Source: Myxococcales bacterium (GTDB lineage: Bacteria; Myxococcota_A; Polyangia; Polyangiales; DASUME01). Taken from it: 64,000 bases of DNA. The notes beneath the pieces are model-generated. The model saw only the letters and a list, made by a program, of their open reading frames with translations, ran no database searches and was not told where the DNA came from. The stretch covers positions 1,632,001 through 1,696,000 of the forward strand of contig JASGJH010000001.1 in NCBI GenBank assembly GCA_047601445.1, written 5' to 3'. Positions 58,342 through 64,000 of the stretch are shown one piece after another. The first letter of the stretch is position 1; each line of letters begins with the position of its first letter. The translations under genes were made by a program, and so were the position numbers.

Positions 58342-61170
58342 CTAGTCCCACACCACAATCTCGGGCTGAGTGGCGTACGGGAGTCCACGGAAACCAAGGC
58401 GGCCGCGATCGATGAGCCCCCAGCAAGCAGTCGTGCCGTCGGCTCGTACGGCGCATGCGTGCTGGACGCCGCCGCCGACGGTGACGGCGTCGCTGACGCC
58501 TTGCACTTGGATCGGCTGGTAGTTGCTGCCCGGAACCGCGGTGCTGCCGAGCTGCCCCGAGTCAGAGGATCCCCAACACCATACCGTCCCATCGCGCCGC
58601 ACAGCGCATGCGAAGCCCTGCCCCATGCCGATGGAGCGCACGTCCCCCAGCCCCAGCACCTGCGCTGGGGGCTGGTTCCAGTTGTCCCACTTGCCCCAGC
58701 ACCACACGGTGGAATCCGCTGCGATCACGCAACTAGCATAGGTGCCCGCGGCCAGGGCCACCGCCAGCGGGAGCCCATTCACCACCGCCGGGGCCGTCAG
58801 GCCCGAGTCGCTGCCGGTGCTCTCTCCCCAACACCATACGGCTCCGCTCTCCAGGAGGGCGCAGCCGTGCACCGTTCCCGCAGCCACTGCGATCACATCC
58901 GAAATTTCGGTGACCGAGTGCAGCCGAACGTCCACATAGCTGCCTAGCGCTTCATGCTCATTCGAGCCCCAACACGTCACGAGGCCGTTCTCACCTAGCG
59001 CACACGTGTGGTTATCCCCCGCTGCAAGCGATGCGATTCCGCTGAGCCCCGCAATGGCCTCCGGCGCGCGGCGTACCTGCGTGTCATCGACGACAATTTG
59101 ATCATCGTGGGTGTCGCCCCAGCACCAGACGCTGCCATCACTGCGGACGGCGCATGCGTGCAAACGCCCCACCGCGAGGTCCTTGGCGTCCGCGATGTTG
59201 AGGACCTCCATGGGGCTCTGCGAAGAGGCATAGATGCCCGTACCGAGCTGCCCAGCCTCGTTGTCTCCCCAACAGGCGATGGAGCCGGCGTTCCGCAGCG
59301 CGCAGCTCGAGGCCCAACCAGAGTCCACCTTCCGAGCGTCCGCAAGATCCGTCACGGTGACAGCGGGCTGAGTCCTCAGGCTGAGCTGATTGTCCTGATT
59401 CTTTCCCCAGCAGAAGAAGCGTTCATCCTCCTCCTGAGCACAAGTGTGGTACGCCCCGCGAAACAGGGACACGGCTGCCGCCAGTCCGTTCACCTGAACC
59501 GGCTGTGTCCGCTGCGTCGTGGTTCCGTCGCCGAGTTGGCCAAACTCATTGCTACCCCAGCAAACCACACTCCCGTCGTCCTTCCGGGCACAGCTGTGGG
59601 TCTGTCCCAAGACGATTTCGACGACGTCGCTCAAGCCCTCCACTGCCTGGGGCGTCGCCCTACTGGTGGTCGTGCCATCACCAAGCTGGCCACGATAGTT
59701 CGAGCCCCAACACCACACGGTCTTGTCTTCACGGAGAGCACAGGTGTGACGCTCGCCGATCGCGATCTGCACCACGTCCGCCAGGTCGTTGACCAATGCC
59801 GGCGTTGGCACGTCCAGAGGGCGGTCCTGAGCGCACTCCCCCTCGTTGTTGTACCCCCAGCACCACACCATGCGGTCTTCTAGTAATGCACAGTCATGCC
59901 CACCGCCCACGGCGAGATCGATGGCCGGGCCCAGATCGGCTTGCACGGGCGGCACGGTCGGAGCCTGCTGCGGAGCGGTGCCGTCGCCCGGAAAGCCGTA
60001 GCCCCAACACCAGACCTCTCCTTCGCTGCTGAGCACGCAGTACTGGTTGCCCCCACCGACTAGCCTCGCGGCCATCGGCAACCCGTCCATCTCTGCGGGA
60101 GTGGCGAGCCATGGCTTCTGCTCGTCCACGACGGGAAAGCCCAGCTGCCCGAGGTAGTTCGACCCCCAGCACCAGACGGTCCCATCCTGCCGGCGCGCAC
60201 ACGTGTTGCCCAGGCTCGTAGCGAGCTCGTTCGCATCGTCTATCCCGAGAACATCCGCGTGCGAGAAGGTCGGGTCTTCCGATCCGTTCCCCAGGACGCC
60301 AAAAGAGTTCGTGCCCCAGCACTCCACGCGTCCATCCGAGCGTCTGGCACAACCGTGGTTGGCGCCGCCGACGATCTGCGCCACCGCGGCTCTGCAGGTG
60401 GCATCGGTGGTGTCCGTCCCTCGCGATGCGTAGCCTTGAGTGCACTCGGCCTTGGCGACACAAGCAGTGCTCGGATCCGCGTCGTGATCCCACTGCTTGG
60501 ACGAACAAGCAGCAGCCGGCAGCGCTCCACCGCTGCAGAAATTCCCGGCCGCACACTGAGCGCACAGCGTTGGCGCCTTGGCGGAACCGACGCTTTGAAT
60601 CGAGGTCCCCGGCGCGCACACGAACTGGAGTTCGCAGCTGCCCTGATTGATGTCGTCAGCGAAGTAACCGTCCGGGCAGGGCTCGCAGGCGCGGTCCCAG
60701 GTAGGGCCCGGATCATGGGTCACGAAGGTGCCCGTCGGGCAATCACGCCACGGCTCGCAGGTGGGCGCACCCGCGGAGAACGTACCCTCCGCACATGGCT
60801 GACAAACTCGGTTCGCGACGGGCGTCCCTTCCACGGCGATGAACTCGCCTTCGGAACAAGGCGTCCACCGCGCGCACGCGGTCGCGGGATTGCCATCATG
60901 ATCGAAGGTCCCCGAAGCGCAGGTCGGCTCGCTCGTATCGCCGGCGTCGTGATCGCCCGCTCCGGTGTCGGCCTCGCCGCCTGCGCCGCTGTCAGAAGCG
61001 TCTGCGCCAGCGTCGCCGGGCGGTGTGTATCCCCCCGCGTCAGGCGTGACCTCGGCCCCATCGGCGCCGCGGTCCGGGGTGCCACATGCCGCCGCCAACA
61101 ACATCGCCGCTAGCGCGAAGAACGACGTTCGAGCGCCGCCGCTGCCGCGAACGGAGCTGGTGTGGGCCAT
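58342..61170 (-). CDS. RCC1-repeat lipoprotein with TNFR-like Cys-rich repeats
   Basis: LAAAC lipobox, C..GTF/CxPWxxC repeats, more than ten HxCA..DGxVWCWGxNxxGQLG repeats. Confidence 0.9.
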   Translation of the reverse strand: MAHTSSVRGSGGARTSFFALAAMLLAAACGTPDRGADGAEVTPDAGGYTPPGDAGADASDSGAGGEADTGAGDHDAGDTSEPTCASGTFDHDGNPATACARWTPCSEGEFIAVEGTPVANRVCQPCAEGTFSAGAPTCEPWRDCPTGTFVTHDPGPTWDRACEPCPDGYFADDINQGSCELQFVCAPGTSIQSVGSAKAPTLCAQCAAGNFCSGGALPAAACSSKQWDHDADPSTACVAKAECTQGYASRGTDTTDATCRAAVAQIVGGANHGCARRSDGRVECWGTNSFGVLGNGSEDPTFSHADVLGIDDANELATSLGNTCARRQDGTVWCWGSNYLGQLGFPVVDEQKPWLATPAEMDGLPMAARLVGGGNQYCVLSSEGEVWCWGYGFPGDGTAPQQAPTVPPVQADLGPAIDLAVGGGHDCALLEDRMVWCWGYNNEGECAQDRPLDVPTPALVNDLADVVQIAIGERHTCALREDKTVWCWGSNYRGQLGDGTTTSRATPQAVEGLSDVVEIVLGQTHSCARKDDGSVVCWGSNEFGQLGDGTTTQRTQPVQVNGLAAAVSLFRGAYHTCAQEEDERFFCWGKNQDNQLSLRTQPAVTVTDLADARKVDSGWASSCALRNAGSIACWGDNEAGQLGTGIYASSQSPMEVLNIADAKDLAVGRLHACAVRSDGSVWCWGDTHDDQIVVDDTQVRRAPEAIAGLSGIASLAAGDNHTCALGENGLVTCWGSNEHEALGSYVDVRLHSVTEISDVIAVAAGTVHGCALLESGAVWCWGESTGSDSGLTAPAVVNGLPLAVALAAGTYASCVIAADSTVWCWGKWDNWNQPPAQVLGLGDVRSIGMGQGFACAVRRDGTVWCWGSSDSGQLGSTAVPGSNYQPIQVQGVSDAVTVGGGVQHACAVRADGTTACWGLIDRGRLGFRGLPYATQPEIVVWD

Positions 61171-61424
61171 GGTGCAAGAGCTGCGCAAAACGGGCATGGG
61201 ACGCGCCATCGTAGGTCACGGAGCGGGGGGCCGCAGGGGATTCGCGGGCCAAGCCCTCGTTCTCACGGGGTGAAGGCCTGCGCCGGACCCGGATGTGTCG
61301 GTGAGCACACAGTGGGACCTCTTGGGAGCCGCCACCGCCTGGCACGGGCCAGCCCCGCGTTGCCCAGTCGATCTCGGGAACCTCCACAGCCCCGCGGTGT
61401 CCGACTGAACGCGGAGGCTCCACC

Positions 61425-61898
61425 ATGTTCGAACTGCTGTTGGCCGCCCAGCTGCTCTGTTGTCCTGTGTTGGTCGCGATTTTCCTCCAGACGCTGAGGG
61501 CCTTGCCCGAGGCGCCCGAGCTGGAGCTGGGACAGCGCGCCTGGGTGGCGGCGCGCTTCAGCATGGGCCAGGCGAACGCGCTGGGGCCGCTATTCAAGCA
61601 CCTGGTGCGGGCGTCGCGTCATGGATTGCAGCTGGCGCACGAGATCCAGGAGAGCATCCGTCAGGAGCGCATCGCGAGGCAGCCGTCGGGCACCCTGGCC
61701 CCTCTGCTTTCGCTGTGGCAGCGCCGCCAGTTCCAGCAGAACGCAGAGCTGGCCGACCTGGCGCACCTCGTCGAACAGCTCGAGCAAATGGGATGCATCC
61801 TCGCGCGCTACCGCGCAGGTGCCGGCCGCTTGATGGAACTGAGGCTGCCGCTCAGCTGTCTGAACGCAGAGCTGCACGCGCGAGAGCAAAGGCCGTGA
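61425..61898 (+). CDS. Hypothetical protein with N-terminal TM segment
   Basis: GGAGG RBS, hydrophobic N-terminus, helical body. Confidence 0.5.
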   Translation: MFELLLAAQLLCCPVLVAIFLQTLRALPEAPELELGQRAWVAARFSMGQANALGPLFKHLVRASRHGLQLAHEIQESIRQERIARQPSGTLAPLLSLWQRRQFQQNAELADLAHLVEQLEQMGCILARYRAGAGRLMELRLPLSCLNAELHAREQRP

Positions 61899-61910
61899 TA
61901 GCGGGCCCGC

Positions 61911-62617
61911 ATACCCACCGAGACACAGCTCTGCATTCCCAGGCCGCGAGCGCGCGGGCCGCTTGGCATGCTGCGGCGGATGTGGACTGACCCCACCAGT
62001 TTGCTCGGGCATCTACTCGCGCTGCTCGTGGGCTGCGGCCAGGGCGAGCGCGTGGGCGGCAAAGCAGTTCCCGCATGGCTCTATCGTCTGCCCAAAAGCC
62101 GCCTGCAGGGCTTGGAGCCATCGCCATCGGGCACGTCATCATCGTGGAGCCACGATTTCTAATGGGTCGAGAAGCGTGGGTGTTGGCCCACGAGCTCTCC
62201 CATGGGCGCCAGCACGACTGGCTCGGTCCCACCTATCCGCTCTTGCACATGGTCTTGCAGCTGCTGAGCGCCCCCGTCGCGTTGGTCAGACCGCGCAGGG
62301 GCTTTCCACCCGAGCACGCTTACAATCCCCTTGAGCGCGGCTTTCTCTCCATTCCGTTCGACGTGCCGACCATGCCGCAAGCACCGTCGGATATTCGTGC
62401 CGGCGAGGTCTTGCGCGCGTTTGGAATAGCCCCCCGGAATCCAGCCGAACACACGCGCGGCGAACGAGCTGCGGAGACTCCCGCGACGCACGTGACGCTG
62501 ATCTCAGCGCTTGCGAGTCCGGCCCGCGGGGCTCGCTGCGATGCCCCGCAGGAGCAACTGAATCGCCGAGCGCGCTGCGCGCTGGATGTCGTCCACATCG
62601 GGCAGGACAGGCGCTAG
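61911..62617 (+). pseudogene. HExxH protein copy B (ATA at the start position, frameshift near 62110)
   Basis: Colinear paralog of 56625-57158. Confidence 0.6.
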
Positions 62618-63163
62618 CGCACCGTCGGCGTGCAACGACGCGAGCCCGTGAACGAGGGACCAGCTCGCGAGCGCGATGTCGCCCGGATTGCCGCTCAGTT
62701 CACCGGCTCCATGGCACGCCTGGATGGCCGCCAGCAGAACCCCGAAGGCCTCTTCGCCAGCCGCTTGCAGATCCGGATGGGACGCCTTGTCGCACTCCGG
62801 GCCGAACATCAGCCGGTAGATGGAGGGATGCTCTGCCGCGAAACGCACATACGCGAGCCCCACGCTCTGCAGCGCCGCCAGCGACGAGCCTGCGCCCTTG
62901 CGAGCCTCTTCGGTGCAGCGCGCGAGCTCCCGAAATCCCTTCGCCAGCACGGCCGCCAGCAGGGCTTCCTTGTCGGTAAAGTGGCGATAGGGGGCCGCCA
63001 CGCTGACGCCCGCTCTGCTCGCCACCTGCCGCAAGGTCAGCTCACTCGGCCCATCCGTTTCGATCATGCGCTCGGCAGCCTCGATCAAGGCACGCCGCAA
63101 GTCCCCGTGGTGATAGCTGGTTTTTGCGGGTTCGCCGCGGGACTTGGTGCGGGGTTTGGCCAT
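62504..63163 (-). CDS. TetR-family regulator (WHG-type C-terminus)
   Basis: YHHGDLRRALI, LRQVASRAGVSVAAPYRHF, WSLVHGLA. Confidence 0.93.
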   Translation of the reverse strand: MAKPRTKSRGEPAKTSYHHGDLRRALIEAAERMIETDGPSELTLRQVASRAGVSVAAPYRHFTDKEALLAAVLAKGFRELARCTEEARKGAGSSLAALQSVGLAYVRFAAEHPSIYRLMFGPECDKASHPDLQAAGEEAFGVLLAAIQACHGAGELSGNPGDIALASWSLVHGLASLHADGALAPVLPDVDDIQRAARSAIQLLLRGIAASPAGRTRKR

Positions 63164-63191
63164 GCCCGCCACAAGATAGCGATCCGGATCG

Positions 63192-63236
63192 ATGTTGACA
63201 ACGTTAGCATGAGGCCTATGTTAACAACGTTATCAT
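63192..63236. promoter_or_regulatory. Two TetR operator palindromes overlapping -35 (TTGACA) and -10 (TATGTT)
   Basis: ATGTTGACAACGTTAGCAT and ATGTTAACAACGTTATCAT. Confidence 0.8.
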
Positions 63237-63261
63237 CGTCCATTTGAGGAGGAGGTCATCC

Positions 63262-64000
63262 ATGAAGGCGAAGCATCGCCGCACGGCGCTCGTGACAGGC
63301 GCGTCGCGCGGAATCGGACTCGAGTTGGCGCGTGCGCTGGCCGCGCAAGGCCACGACCTCGCACTGGTGGCACGCGATCAGGAGGCGCTCACGGGCGTCG
63401 CACAAGAGTTGGCGCGCACGGGTGTCGCGACCCACGTGATCCGCGCCGATCTCTCCGAGACGGCTACGCCGCGCGCACTCCTGGAGGAGCTCTCGCAGCG
63501 CGGCCTCACGGTGGATCTCTTGGTCAACAACGCCGGCTTCGGTGTGTTCGGCCCCTTCGCAGACAGCGACGTCGACCGCACCCTCGACATGTTACGCGTC
63601 AACATCGTGACGCTCACCGCGCTGACGCGCTTGCTCTTGCCTGGCATGATCGCGCGGGGTCGGGGCGGAATCTTGAACGTTGCCTCGTCGGCAGCCTTTC
63701 AGCCGGGCCCCCTGATGGCCAGCTACTACGCCAGCAAAGCGTATGTGCTCTGGTTCAGCGAAGCGCTCGCGGTGGAGCTGCGCGGCAGCGGCGTCAACGT
63801 GTGCGCCCTTTGCCCCGGGCCCACGCACTCGAGCTTCGTCGACGCGGCAGCCATCCCGGCGTCGAGCTTGTTCGATCGCAACCGTTTCGAGGATGCCAGC
63901 GAGGTCGCCCGCCAGGGCCTCCGTGCACTCGAGCGCGGACAGGTCGTGGCGGTCACGCGCCTGCGTTATCGCTTGCTCGCGTTCGGCAATCGATTTCTTC
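63262..64000 (+). CDS. SDR oxidoreductase (runs off the window end)
   Basis: GGAGG RBS, TGASRGIG, NNAG, YYASKA. Confidence 0.92.
   Translation, partial: MKAKHRRTALVTGASRGIGLELARALAAQGHDLALVARDQEALTGVAQELARTGVATHVIRADLSETATPRALLEELSQRGLTVDLLVNNAGFGVFGPFADSDVDRTLDMLRVNIVTLTALTRLLLPGMIARGRGGILNVASSAAFQPGPLMASYYASKAYVLWFSEALAVELRGSGVNVCALCPGPTHSSFVDAAAIPASSLFDRNRFEDASEVARQGLRALERGQVVAVTRLRYRLLAFGNRFL

Overview
GC-rich window, most likely from a myxobacterium (inferred from the many DAG/GD-linker lipoproteins, the MxcH/MxcI-like iron uptake pair and the MCP motifs). About eleven single-base frameshifts in otherwise intact genes suggest long-read assembly errors. Main content: (1) a ~13 kb chemosensory locus (4351-17976) with two solute-binding lipoproteins, a TonB-dependent receptor and YfiR next to a CHASE8-like MCP, CheY-like, two CheW-like, CheA-REC, CheB and CheR-TPR, followed by a GH114 hydrolase; (2) two independently inserted 1280-bp IS3-family elements, each with its own target duplication, each inside a copy of a ~250-nt palindromic element whose stems covary; (3) an iron-uptake cluster with Fur-like boxes; (4) a BTAD regulator/peroxiredoxin/SQR-like module; (5) an S8 protease with two PHB-depolymerase-type binding domains; (6) assorted regulators, methyltransferases, SDRs, hydrolases and secreted Cys-rich lipoproteins. 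No rRNA, tRNA or CRISPR array was recognised. All family calls come from motif recognition by eye, not from database searches.
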